64,000 nt of DNA. It comes from Nemertoderma westbladi (Eukaryota > Animalia > Xenacoelomorpha). Within the stretch, counting starts at the first letter, position 1; every line of letters begins with the position of its first letter. This document shows, piece by piece, positions 25,713-37,542 of this stretch. The stretch is from the NCBI GenBank assembly GCA_032718475.1, contig JAUCBJ010008617.1:1-64000 (forward strand), read 5' to 3'. Position numbers and translations under genes: made by a program. The notes under the pieces are model-generated. The model had not been told where the DNA came from. It worked only from the letters and a program-made list of their open reading frames with translations, and made no database searches.

Positions 25713-28700
25713 TCAGTCAATCTCCATTGTTCGATCAAAATCAGAAGTGAGATCCTTTGCACTGTCTTTAGTTTGTATATCTTCCCAGAATTTCCACCTA
25801 TTAAGAGGCATGATTGGAACTAACTTATCGACTATATGTGTTTTCTTTGCAGTTTGCAGACCTTGGGATTCTACTTTCAATTTCGGTAAAACCTCAACAT
25901 TAAATTTCCGTTGTAGGAACTCCTCCCCCTTATATGTATGCATTGGTTGATCTAACTCAGTTTTGAACTCAGTTTTAAAGCCCATATGTCGAACACCCTT
26001 TTGAAACTTAACTTCCACAACATCTTGTAGATAAGGTGGGTGCATTGATTTTGCATTAGATTTTTATGCTGCCACATATATGGCACGGGATTGAGGATCT
26101 TAACATTCTTACGTGATGTCTCAATAAGATCCTTCAGTCTTCAGATCATCAATATCATAGGCTGTTCGTTTAGATGATATCTTTTGCTCGATGTTACCAT
26201 GAATCGAGTCGGCTAACATGTGTGTATGACCTTTGGTCAAATATTTCAAGGTGATAGTATGTGGTCCACTGTTACTATTGACAATATTCACACAAGAGGT
26301 ATATAGGTACCAGTTCTTATTTTGACTAGTACAATTGTCAAGCCACAGTATGAAATGTTTAATATCCCTCTCACACTTTATGACAGCGAACACTGCATCT
26401 ATTATGTTATCAGCATCACGACCTTGTTCACCTTCATGCCATACAACACAGTAATGGTGATAATCGATGTCTTTGGAATTCATGCGTGCGAATGTTTCAT
26501 TGAAGACCACTAGCTTGCTGATGAAGAAAGCTTCCTTACTGGATGGCATGTAAGGTAAATATATGCACTTTTGCATGTCCATGGCAAAAACAGCCACATC
26601 AGGGGAGTCAATTGCTATATCGGCAGTATACATTTCATGAGCATCTCTGGCGATTTTCTTATGCTTCATATATTCTGGGTTATCCATATCATTTACAACT
26701 TTATATGATTCGCACAGATAACATTCGTCAGCTTTTGGTTCACAAAAACTGATGTTCATCGCTTTTATTTGTGACCGGTATGTAGAGACTGTCATTTTCA
26801 AATCGGGATACTTCGATTTCATGTCATTAAACATCATAGGAACATGAAGATGGCGAGGTAAATACTTAACATTTGGAGCATGGTATCTCCGGTATTTGGA
26901 GCATGGTATCTCTGGTAATGTGACACAGCTGGATTATAACTATTAATATGTTGTTGAATTAAATCCAATGTTTATTTAGAAATCTTTCTGCTTTCTTGCA
27001 TACCACCATGAGCATCTTTCAATTGCTTCAAATTCCCATTGCTCCGTTTTATTGCCCTTGCAATTTATTGAAAATTGCCCCATTTTTATAACCCAATGTT
27101 CTTAAGAATGTTGTTTTACAAACAAGTGTTTTGAATCCAGTAGCATCTGGCAGATAAAAACTACGAGACTCGCCCCTTCTTGATGGACTACTAGTAGTTC
27201 ACTGCTTGACAATTTTTCGCTGAATGTGAGATTCAATCCAACATCTCCTTGCGTTATAGTTCATTGTCCAAAATGTGTTATGTATAACTCGCCTTTGATC
27301 TTCCGACAACGATTTACAATGCCGCCCAGGGCATTTCCCTAGACATGGATGTGGATTGAATTCGTGCATATCCTGCCCTTTCTTGCGTTTCTCAGATGAG
27401 GTCAGTCGGGGGAACTTTATAATTTCTCTTCGCTTTCGCACACGGCTAGTTGTAATAGCACTAGTGGCACTCGTAGTGCATGACATGGTAGTATTATCAT
27501 TGAGCACATATTCACCAACAGCATCACTCTCAGAATCGGACCCATTATTAATAGATATCAGGTCCTCGAGTTCTTCAATATCATCTTCAACAAAATTTCC
27601 TTCCTCAGAATGCATAGAAAAATCATTTCAAATATTATCAAGATCCATAGAAGATTCAACAAGAGTATTACTAGTAACAATTTCAACTCCCTCTAACACA
27701 ACCTCAGCTTCTCCCTCAGTCTCTGTAAATGAAACAAGCACAGGTGGGATTGCAGCTTGGGGTCCAATCATTGGATGTAATTTGCGCACCTAAAAATAAA
27801 AAATTTAAAATAATATGTAAAATATAAAGCATATGTTATAATTTTAAGTCCACCTGTAAGTGTATAAAATTAAAAAAGTCATAAATCTCCAGAAACAGTT
27901 GGCCCTGGGACAGTAACCCCCCAGACAATAGCCCCACGGAATATGGAATGCTCTGCCTTGTGAATTTAGAACGGCATCTTCAATAATCTCCTTCAAGAAG
28001 CTACTGAAGTTCCACTGCTATCAAAGGTTTGCACGTAATTTGAGAAAAATCCATGGATGTATGCAAAAGTTATTGCAAATTTAGTGTCTGGGCTGCGAAC
28101 TCTAAAACGGAACTCAATATCCAATATCGGTAATAAATATTCCAGAACATTAAATTATTTAACATTAAGTAAGGTAGCATCAGGAGTTGAAGAGTACAGT
28201 AATTTGAATTACAGTAACTATGGAAGCAATAGAGTAAAATACTACAGTTCAATTTATTTTGTAACACTATATCGCTCTATCTTTTATTTAAGAATTGAGC
28301 ACCAACAAATTTGAATAATAAAATTACGTATTACATGGGAAAAAAAAGTATACCATTGTTTTCAATATTCTCTCGAGCCTTTTTAAACCTTGCTGACCTG
28401 CAGTAAATAAATTGCTTCGAGAATAGTGAAAAAAAGTTATACTTTTTTTCCATGTAATAAATAATTATATTATTATTTTTTATTATTATTACAGTTAATG
28501 ATAATTAGTTGAACGACGGTAACTAAATAAATTATTTGTGTTCACTTATTTATTATTTTTTAAATATCACTGAAATTCTACAATATTGAATAGCTAATTG
28601 CTTTGACGTGTATGACTATTGCAAATTATTGTTGAGGGCTATTTACATTGAGTCCTTTACATTAATCATTTTACCAATTAACAAGTGTTTATATAAAAAC

Positions 28701-28957
28701 ACTGAAATTGTCAAACATGTGCTTGATGGAACATGTGTCCCAAAACAATACAAAAGTTTGACAGAGTGTATGCCTAAACTATAATATGTATATATGTATG
28801 AGTGAGTAAGGTTTTAATAAATATGTGAATACTAACTCACCACTTCATGAGCAGCAAATTCCTGAACCCATTCTGGTTCTGGACATGGAACAAAAGGTAC
28901 GAAAGTTGGATTAGTCAAACATTGGGCAACCATTTTCTTACTGCGGTAACAGCTCAT
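25713..28957 (-). pseudogene. Sola1 DDD transposase with a predicted 5' intron, disrupted
   Basis: AMDMQK, WHEGEQGR, WLDNCTSQNKN and GHTHMLADSIH. Predicted exon 28957-28841 splices to 27789 in frame with ORF 27199-27615. Confidence 0.82.
28329..28459. mobile_element. ~130-bp palindromic MITE-like insertion in the Sola1 intron
   Basis: Imperfect inverted repeat tattacatggg(a)ngtata ... tatac(t)nccatgtaata. Confidence 0.6.
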
Positions 28958-30009
28958 TGTATGTCGATATCAATAACTAATTATCTAGTCAGATAGTCCA
29001 ACTGCAAGCATTTAAATTACATTAGATGTTTTCACAAACTGATACACTGCCTTACAATTCACAGTAGACTCACGACCGAGACTCGAAATGCTGATTGGTA
29101 GTACCGGTAGGCCTACCACAGTAGTAAAATCGGTATTATAGACTTGTGAATGACTCATCGAGAGAAATCATTATACGCGTTTACATTGCAAACTTTACAA
29201 AGTAGAGAAAGCAACAACTGACCTGCCTATAAGTCAATAAGTCAGTTATTAATTGTATTGTAAATCACAGAGGATTCAATTTTACCGCGCAACTTAACAC
29301 TACTACTAATACAGAGATACTATACACTAATACATCTACTAATACATCTAATACTGTATGAATAATTATTTGATATTGATTCCAACCGAATACAAGTCAT
29401 ACACAGATAGACGGTTTCGGCATAAAGGAAACCATAAATTCGAACGAATTTTTAATCCCAAATCAATCCAAGTAAAGATAGACGGTTTTGGCATAAAGGA
29501 ACCTATAAATTTAAACTTAGTGTTTAATCCCAAATCAATCCAAGTAAAGATAGACGGTTTTAGAATTTACTATTATAGACAGAAGTTGAGATAGACGGTT
29601 TTGGCAAAATTATAACTCCTTGGGACTTCATAATTACGTCTTAAGACTTGGCTAGAAAGTTGCGCCTTGTTTTTCTGATTCCAAATATATGCATATGTCA
29701 TTTTTCAAAAAAATTGAGTTAGACGGTTTTGGCATATAAGGGCCGAGTAACAGTAGGCCTAGTCAGCTATTTCTACCGGTAGACCTAACTGCCTGTTACC
29801 TACTCCTGTACTCTGCAACACACTAACACAGTTAGTCCTGTACAGCTGTAGTCATTTAGTAGCCTGGCAGCCTGGTGCTGGTGAGCTATTCCTGCAGTCC
29901 TGTATTCCAGTAAATAATTATGTAACCGGAGGCATTATTTATGTATTTATTTCTGTATATAGATTTTCATCTTAGGCTTAGGCCTACTGATTTTGAATGA
30001 CTGATCCAT

Positions 30010-31480
30010 GGTAATGGAAGACCTAAATCTAAATAATGCCGATACCAACCCTTCAGGGATACCTACCACTACCGGTACTGACTTTGATGATATGGTACCG
30101 GTAATGTTACAACTACGACGCCATCTGCTCTGGCATTTGAACTATTCTAAGTAATGGGGAATGTAATGATGAGTTTCAAACAGGAAAATGCCTGGTTGAT
30201 GGATACCCAGTCGATAACTTGCATTGCATTGTATCGGATTGTTATACCACTGGTCTTACTGGGGATAAGTGGTGGTGGAAGCGGTCAGGAAGTACTACCA
30301 ATTGTTATCTTATAAACTTTAACGAGCCACGGAAGGCCTCTATTCTACGTGAGGATAGTACCGGTGCTGACAATGGAGGCGGGAGACCCGGTAGCCTTTT
30401 CTACAATGTTGGATTCGGAAATAAATGGAAACGTGTTGGCATGGAACTGGAAAATCTTAAAGATTCCAAATGGGTAATTGAAGTTTGTCGAACGTTCTGG
30501 AAGCATTCTACTAACAATAGCTACAGTAAAACTGCCTCGCGAGTAATGCTGAAGCATGGGGACATTCCATTTGATTTACCTGAGGGCTGAGTTGTGTTGG
30601 AGTATAAATGGTCAGTTGACAAACCTGATCCCGAAACCCTTATTGTTGATGTTCATATTGATAAGAATGGACTTACCCGTTCGAAAATCTGTCACATTAA
30701 TGGCAGTGTGAAGGATATTATTGTTCAAGAGTTACATAATGGTAAGAAACCACAACATATATATCAGCAACACCATTCAGATATTCCTTCACTTAATCTA
30801 TATACAATATGAATTATAGGTTAAAAAAAGGAACATCATACTCTCGTCTGTCATCAACGTCGTCTCTCGCATCGGCATTTTCAAACCACTTTATCACTTT
30901 GAATGAATGGGATAAAGCCTCTAGACCCGATCCATCAACCTAGAAACTAAGCTTCCTCATTAATGTATGCTCGTCATGTCCTTTGCAGAATATTTCAAAA
31001 TGTCCATTGAAATTGCCAACTCCTGAAAAAATAAGCGCGGTGCTTGTAGAAGACATATTTAGTAAAGGTTGGAAATTGAGATCATTTGTTGGCAAAGCTC
31101 CCAATAATGGCGGGTTTGTTATTCGTAAACTTCCAACCGCTTCCTCGGCACTAGTTTAAGTCCAATCTATTAAATTAGCTGGTTGTTACCCTGGATGTGT
31201 CGCATCTTCCTCATTCAGTTTTTGTGAACATTTAGTTGCGTATGCGATTTTTACGGAAACCATAGCTGAGTTCACTCAATTAATATGGAAGTCGGCGACA
31301 ATAAAAACCACTGTTGTTCGTGATCCGGAAGCTGGTAAAAAGAAAAAAATCAAAAAATTCAACCAACGGAATGGGAAACCGGGTGAAGTGATATCATCAA
31401 CCTATAACAAAGATAATGGTAAAAGTGGGGATACAGGAAAATGTAAACGGAAACAGCCAAATTATTTTTATTGATTATAA
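30010..31480 (+). pseudogene. Internally deleted MULE-like transposase (N-terminal domain, HTH-like segment, SWIM-like zinc finger)
   Basis: ORFs 30219-30590 and 30594-30812 (KPQHIY..IPS), plus CYPGC..FCEHLVAYA at ~31180-31245. No DDE core is visible. Confidence 0.55.
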
Positions 31481-32600
31481 TGTTCAAAGAAAGGTGTACC
31501 AGATATCTGGCCAGATGTTAAAATGTTATAAATATTATCGGTGAATTACTTAACGCCAGACTCGCGTATCTGGGTGAAGAGTTGCTTTCGGTATTATATA
31601 TTATATTCTTCTTCACTTTGGCCTGAATCCTCTCCCATCACATCATCAATCAATATAAGATCATATGATGCGTTGTAACCTTAAATAAATAACACAAATA
31701 AAATATCAGCATGAAATGTGACAGGCAGTTTAACAATGTTTAATGTCAATATTTAACTATAGTGCATAATACCCTACAATAGGTTCGCTCAATGGTAAAA
31801 AAATTCAGTAATTATTTACCCACCATCAGTAGTAGTACCATTACTTCTGCCCTTGGTGACTTTGTTTGGTTTCACATTCGAACTGCAAGGTACGGCTGGG
31901 TTGTATTTCAAAGAACATCTGGGCACTGGAATTTTCTTATGATGGTAATCCCCAATGATTTCTATTTCGGGAGACGATGTTGATGCTGTCAGTATTGCTT
32001 TGTTACCGGTACTCTCTGCAGGAACAACTTTCCAAAGGGGTTCAGGTTCAGGTTTGTCAGTTGACCATTTATACTCCAACAGAACTCGGCCCACAGGTAA
32101 ATCAAATGGAATGTTCCCATGCTTCAGCATTACCCGCGAGGCGGTTTTACAGTAGCTATTGTTATTAGGATGCTTCCAAAACGTCCGACGAACTTCAATT
32201 ACACATTCGGAATCTTTAAGATTTTCCGGTTCCACGCCAACACGTTTCCATTTATTTCTGAATCCAACATTGTAGAAAAGGCTACCGGGTCTCCCGCCTC
32301 CACTGTCAGCACCGGTACTATCCTCACGTAGAATAGAGGCCTTCTGTGGCTTGTTAAAGTTTATAAGATAACAATTGGTAGTACTTCCTGACCGCTTCCA
32401 CCACCACTTATCCGCAGTAAGACCAGTGCAGCAGTGGTATAACAATCTGATACAACGCAACGAAAGTTATCGATTGGGTACCCATCAACTAGGCGTTTTC
32501 CTATTTGAAACTCATCATTACATTCCCCATTACTTAGAATTTCCACCAGTTCAAATGCCAAAGCGGAAGGAATGGTGGGAGAATCGTCAAAGTCTTCCAT
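31480..32600 (-). pseudogene. Second, convergent MULE gene with a paralogous N-terminal domain and a unique C-terminus
   Basis: ORFs 32361-32600 and 31816-32460 join by a frameshift. A possible gtgggt..ag intron leads to a second exon at ~31480-31679. Confidence 0.55.
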
Positions 32601-33286
32601 TCTATATTTCGTATTTGATTCACTGCCCTGCTATATCGGTCAGCGGTACCGTCAGACCGTTATCGTCCAGTATCGGAAATTAACCTAGGTCTATTCAGCT
32701 ATCTCTGTATCTTATACTCTGGTGGGCACTAGTGCTGTAGTGAGTGTGAGTGACTAATGACTAATACAGTGCTGCAGTAATAGCTGAATAGGCTACTGGA
32801 ATAGCAAATAGGGAACCCTCAGTAGAGCTCGCTCAGCCCGATCTGTTGGTTAGTTAGCCTACAGGCCCAGCTGCCTGTCTAGTCAGTCTGCTAGTGCAGT
32901 AGTAAGGAGGTACAGTTGTACAGCAGTAGAAGTGGATATGATACGGAATATTGGTACTAACTGACTGATGTGCAATTACTGGGCACAGTGTAGAGTATAT
33001 TACCAATGTACTGATGTAGGCCTACTCAGCTACCGGTACTGTACTGCTGTAGAACTAACCAACTATCCATGGTTACAGGATAATGAGAAGTAATTTATTT
33101 TGGAGGATATGGAAAACCATCATTTAATATGAATATGTAATTGACATCTTGATACAATTGTATGATTAAATCCGGTACTTTCCCAAGTGTGTTATTTTTT
33201 GGTGTAGATTTTAATTACAGCTGTGTTCGCCTATGTTCCGCCTGTATTCTATTGTGTTCTGTTGTGTTCTGTAAAAAGAACTATCC

Positions 33287-33847
33287 CCAGGAAGGCATGG
33301 GCTGGGCATTGTTAAATAGTCTGTCCAGGATTGGGATGTCCCATAGAATAAAATGGAACCTTAATGTTCAATTATTTATGGCTGTAGTAGTAACCCAGTA
33401 CTCTTATATGGAAGTCCATGCTGGGCTCTAACTGCAGAGGATACCAAATCTCTGGAAAGCACTTTCACAAGAATGGTGCACCTGTTTCATTGTTTCAAGT
33501 TCAATGAACACATCTCCAATCAGACTCTATACAACATTGGAGGTGTTCCATTTGTCACCCCTAGCTTGACTCTCTGCTTTGCAAGACATTGCTTCCACTG
33601 TGAGGACCAGCCACTGGATAATCTTGTGCTTTGGTGACCTCATGGAGTGAATAAGCATGGTGTACAGTACAGCCCATGACTTTCTTAAGACGCATCTTAA
33701 AGGACACTGGCCTTGAAGATGAGGATGATCTAGCAAATGTCATGGGTGATAGGGAGTTGTGGCAGCATAATATTGTTGACGAGCCAGCACAGCATTCTTA
33801 ATATATATATAATGCAGCTGCAATGCAGTATGCAGATCGTAGTAGTA
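33287..33847 (+). mobile_element. RTE LINE 3' part (continuation of 23440-24296)
   Basis: Similar to 5975-6520 and ends gctgcaatgcag..gtagtagta. Confidence 0.85.
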
Positions 33848-33849
33848 TA

Positions 33850-35560
33850 TGTAAGTGTGTTGATTTTACCAAGTGCAATTGTCTAAATTATCATAAGATT
33901 CCAGTCATAGAAAGGGAATTTATAATTGATCAAAGGGGAAACCGCAACATCTTCATAAGTGGTCTGGATTTGACATCTAAATCTCAAGAAATTCGCCAGG
34001 AGTTTTCACAGATTCAACAGCAGTCTAGACAACATAAAGTTGTTGTTGATAAGCCTGTTGCGGGAACATCATATGAACTTGAAGAGTAGTACACAGGAAA
34101 TTCGGCTTCAGATAATAAATAATGTTAGTAAAAATACTCAGATTATGAATAATTATTGGTCACAAAAAAATGCATTAAACTCTCAACCATAGCCAGAGAG
34201 TGCGATTGGTACCAAGTTTCAGATAAGGGAGGGGCAGCTTTGGCAAGTGCTCTACTGGAGGACATTGGAATTATCAGCAAACAAGATTTGTCCGTTATCA
34301 TTGATCATAGCATACTTATGAGAGAGTGCGAATGATAGATGAGATATCCAATCTGAAGCGAGTTATGGCACAAGTTGACTCTACTTCGATTGTCAGAAGA
34401 TCAAACTAAATATTAACATATCATATTAACATAAGGAATTACATATCCAAGAATGCATACAGAAGAGCATTTCTCTCTTGTATATACAGGTACCAAATTC
34501 AATATATGTTAGTCATGTTACCACACATAGTAAGAAAGCAGCTGACATTGCAAATGGAATACTAAACCATTCTTGGGAGAATAATGTTGAACTGTGTAAC
34601 TTGTTGTGTGTGGGTACAGATGGTGAAAATACAAACATAGGATGGAAAGGAGGCACCACCACCTATAAAGAAACCATTTGAATTGGTTTGTCTGCTTATT
34701 ACATACCAATGAACTGCCCTTTTGTCATATTTTCTATCATGTGGATGGCACATCAGGACCTGGATCCTTTAATGGTGTCATAATTAATTATATAATAATA
34801 ACAACATAACTAATTAACAATCGGGAAACAGTTATCCAAATGTGAACAGTTGCCAATTGTCAAGTTCAAAAAGCTACCTGACACTCATACTGGGATACCT
34901 GCAGATCTTGAATCTTTTAAAGATCGCAGTGCAGATAAATATAAGATAATGATAACTAACGCTGTATCATCTGGGGAATGTACGATTGATCTACAACACA
35001 TCAAATCATATCCTATCCAGTGAACCATTCAAAATGGTTAACAATGTCCTGTCGAATTCTCTGATTATATATTTCAACTTTGACCCCAACTTTTCAACTG
35101 TTGTTTATGTTTGAATATGTAATGAAAGTATATGTACCTATCTGGTCTCATATTAAATTGCAATGGCAATTCTACAATGGTTCCAAACACTTTTTTCAGA
35201 TGATTGCCAAAACAAGATATTTACAACATGACCTACAGAAGGTCGTCAACAAGGCTCTGTGCCATGGTCAAGGTCATGTGGCAATTCCTCTTTTGCCCAC
35301 CCAGAGAACCTGCTACTTTCAATGATCTATGATGGTAGGGAACCAATCAGAAGACAGGGATATCAATGTATTTTATCTTATAGGGAGGCATCAGCTGTGG
35401 GTTTGCCCTCAGCTATGAATTTGTATTCATCTGGGTATATATCTGTATTTGTTAAACTATAAATAAATTTAGAGGCATCCGATTACATACATCTTGTGAA
35501 CTGGACAACCACAGATAAATCAGAACCCCTAATACTAAAAAATGTGTCATGCATGTACAC
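33850..35560 (+). pseudogene. hATm-type transposase remnant
   Basis: CKC..CNC..KIPVIEREFIIDQR, GAALASA, EEH, GTDGENTNIGWKGG, CLLHTNELP, TSGP and FAHPENLLLSM. Confidence 0.72.
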
Positions 35561-35689
35561 TGTGCAGTGCATTGCCCGGGTATCATTAAACCTTTTGGGA
35601 CCAAAATAGAACAAAAAGATAATATACCATGGGAATAGTGTTGTGCTGGTACCAAATTCTTCAACCGGTACACGTATTCCCAATCCTTA

Positions 35690-36060
35690 CACTTAGTAGG
35701 AACACATCTTGAATTGTAGCCTGGGATTGGTTAATGAACTATTATTTGATTGGACTTTGAAATCATGTAAGGATTGAGGAAAGTGGTCGAACTAGAGTAA
35801 GTAGTAAAGTAAGTTGGCAGGTAGAAAGTGTTCCAAAAGCTGTAAGGAATGGAGAAATTGGGTGAAATCATGTTCATGTAAGGGTTATTATACCAACAGT
35901 ATTAGAAGAGTAGACTTAGACAAACATGTGATATTATTCTAGGCAGTAGAACATTGGCTTATGGTTTATACAGGGCTGCATGAGTAAGCTAAAATGTTTG
36001 GAACATTGGCTATACTAGTGTCTAGGGATACATTCCTTTGCATGACATTGTCGACATTGA
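35690..36060 (-). mobile_element. Probable decayed LINE 3'-end fragment, partly duplicated at 52881-53023
   Basis: FSIPYSFWNT..LHDFK resembles the WNxLP..FK ending of LINE ORF2. Weak. Confidence 0.35.
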
Positions 36061-36893
36061 CATGACGATTCCTTATACAACATTTTTTCCACTCAAAATA
36101 TATGTACCGGGTGTTCCATAATGATTGCCACCCCCCCCCCCCCCTGGCCAGCTAAAACTGCCAGACATGCACCTTAGTGTAATATACCATTCGAAAGAGA
36201 ATTTAATTCGGAGCTTGAATGCAAAAATGTAGGGTCCAATACAAAAGTATACAAATTTTATAGGCTATTCTTTAAACCTAACTTATTTTTCAATATTTTT
36301 GATTTAATCACAATTAAAAAAATCTAATTTATCCAGCGTTAGTCATCAGCTTTGCATCCATGTTTCCCCTTTGCAGCATGGGGAGCTCCTGGATAGTGGC
36401 AAAGGATGTTGGCTAAAAGGGCCGTTTTGGTTTGAGTTCAGTTTGATTAAGTCCCAGAATTAAAAATCCATGTTTCCTCCATTTGCATTGCAAACAGCAG
36501 TCACTCGTCTGGGAAAAGTTTATAGAAGTTTATCAAACAAATCTCTGTCATCAGCCATACTTTCCAGCACAGAAATCAGGTGTTGTTTGAGTACAACTTT
36601 GGAGTATCTCATATTGGGTTGTTCCATCATCATTAAGTCTTCAACGTGTTGCTTGACAATAGCTCCTAAATCCTCTGCTGGGTTTAGGTCAGGGGAATTT
36701 CCCAGCGACTCATTGTTTCCAAAGAAGTTAACACCAGATGCCAGTAACAACTGCTGAGTTTATATAGCTTTCATACAGGGTGCATGGTCATGAAGAAAGG
36801 TCGCTTCATTGGGGTCTATCACATTATCAGGGTTGTCTAAGAAGGGCAGAACATTCTCAGCAAGAATAACCACCTTGGTAGAATAACCACCTT

Positions 36894-37087
36894 GTTCCAC
36901 CTTGGTGTAGTGGTTGCATTGAATTCACATCTCCCATAGGTCGTGGGTTCGATCCTTACATGGGCCAGTGCAGTTTTGTTTCGGCACGAATGCTTTAAAG
37001 GGACCAGCCAGGGTGCATCTTTGCCTTGCATCCTTAAGTGGTAGCAAAATGAGTACTAGAGTTTCCTCTGGGGAGTAAAGTTATGGG
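36894..37087 (+). mobile_element. tRNA-derived SINE, 5' part (3' part at 44180-44260)
   Basis: A box tggtgtagtggtt, B box gggttcgatcc and a non-tRNA body. An uninterrupted copy is at 54500-54770. Confidence 0.8.
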
Positions 37088-37485
37088 CAGCATAAATGCA
37101 CAGCTGTAGGCCTGCCGACAATAAGACCAAGAAAGATACTGGTACAGGCCTATACAGTTTTTATCTTTTTAGTCACCGGTACTAGGCCTATACAGTTTTT
37201 ATCTTTTTAGTCAGACTACAGCCAGACAGCACAATGTCACCGCTCTTAATCTCCACAGTTGTCATCGTTCTGGGCCGTTTTGTTGTGGCAGAACCATCCG
37301 ATCCGCGGGGTAACCCTGCAACCCACCCAATACCCGTATTGGACTGGTTTGCCGAACACCCTGTCGCTACCGTTTCGAACTGCCATGCCGAATCGATGGA
37401 GATGTGGTCGACGAGTGGATTTAGCCTCTACTGCTCTCGTTGGGGAAGAAGATCTTGGGTCTCCTCTCCACGAACTAGAGGCCTA

Positions 37486-37542
37486 ATCGCCAAACTCTGT
37501 CTTCTGTCTCTGGCTGGGGATATTGAGACCAACCCTGGACCC
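37486..37542 (+). other. 2A-like (StopGo) peptide IAKLCLLSLAGDIETNPG|P
   Basis: Exact D(V/I)ExNPGP consensus at 37519-37542 with a preceding LL..GD context, directly upstream of the PHD finger. Confidence 0.88.

Larger units (their letters stand above)
24941..29745 (-). mobile_element. Sola1-type DNA transposon nested in the MULE
   Basis: ~32-bp TIR CGGCCCTTAxATGCCAAAACCGTCTAACTCA, 4-bp TSD AGTA, and repeated subterminal motifs ccaaaaccgtctatct and agatagacggttt. Confidence 0.88.
24297..33286. mobile_element. MULE/MuDR-like DNA transposon, 8990 bp including the nested Sola1
   Basis: ~200-bp TIRs beginning GGATAGTT and a perfect 9-bp TSD CCAGGAAGG at 24288-24296 and 33287-33295. It splits an RTE copy. 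Confidence 0.85.

Noticed and set aside
36894-36970. tRNA gene (also 54500-54575)
   Set aside because: A and B boxes are present, but there is no clean cloverleaf or terminator and the sequence continues into a SINE body and LINE-like tail.
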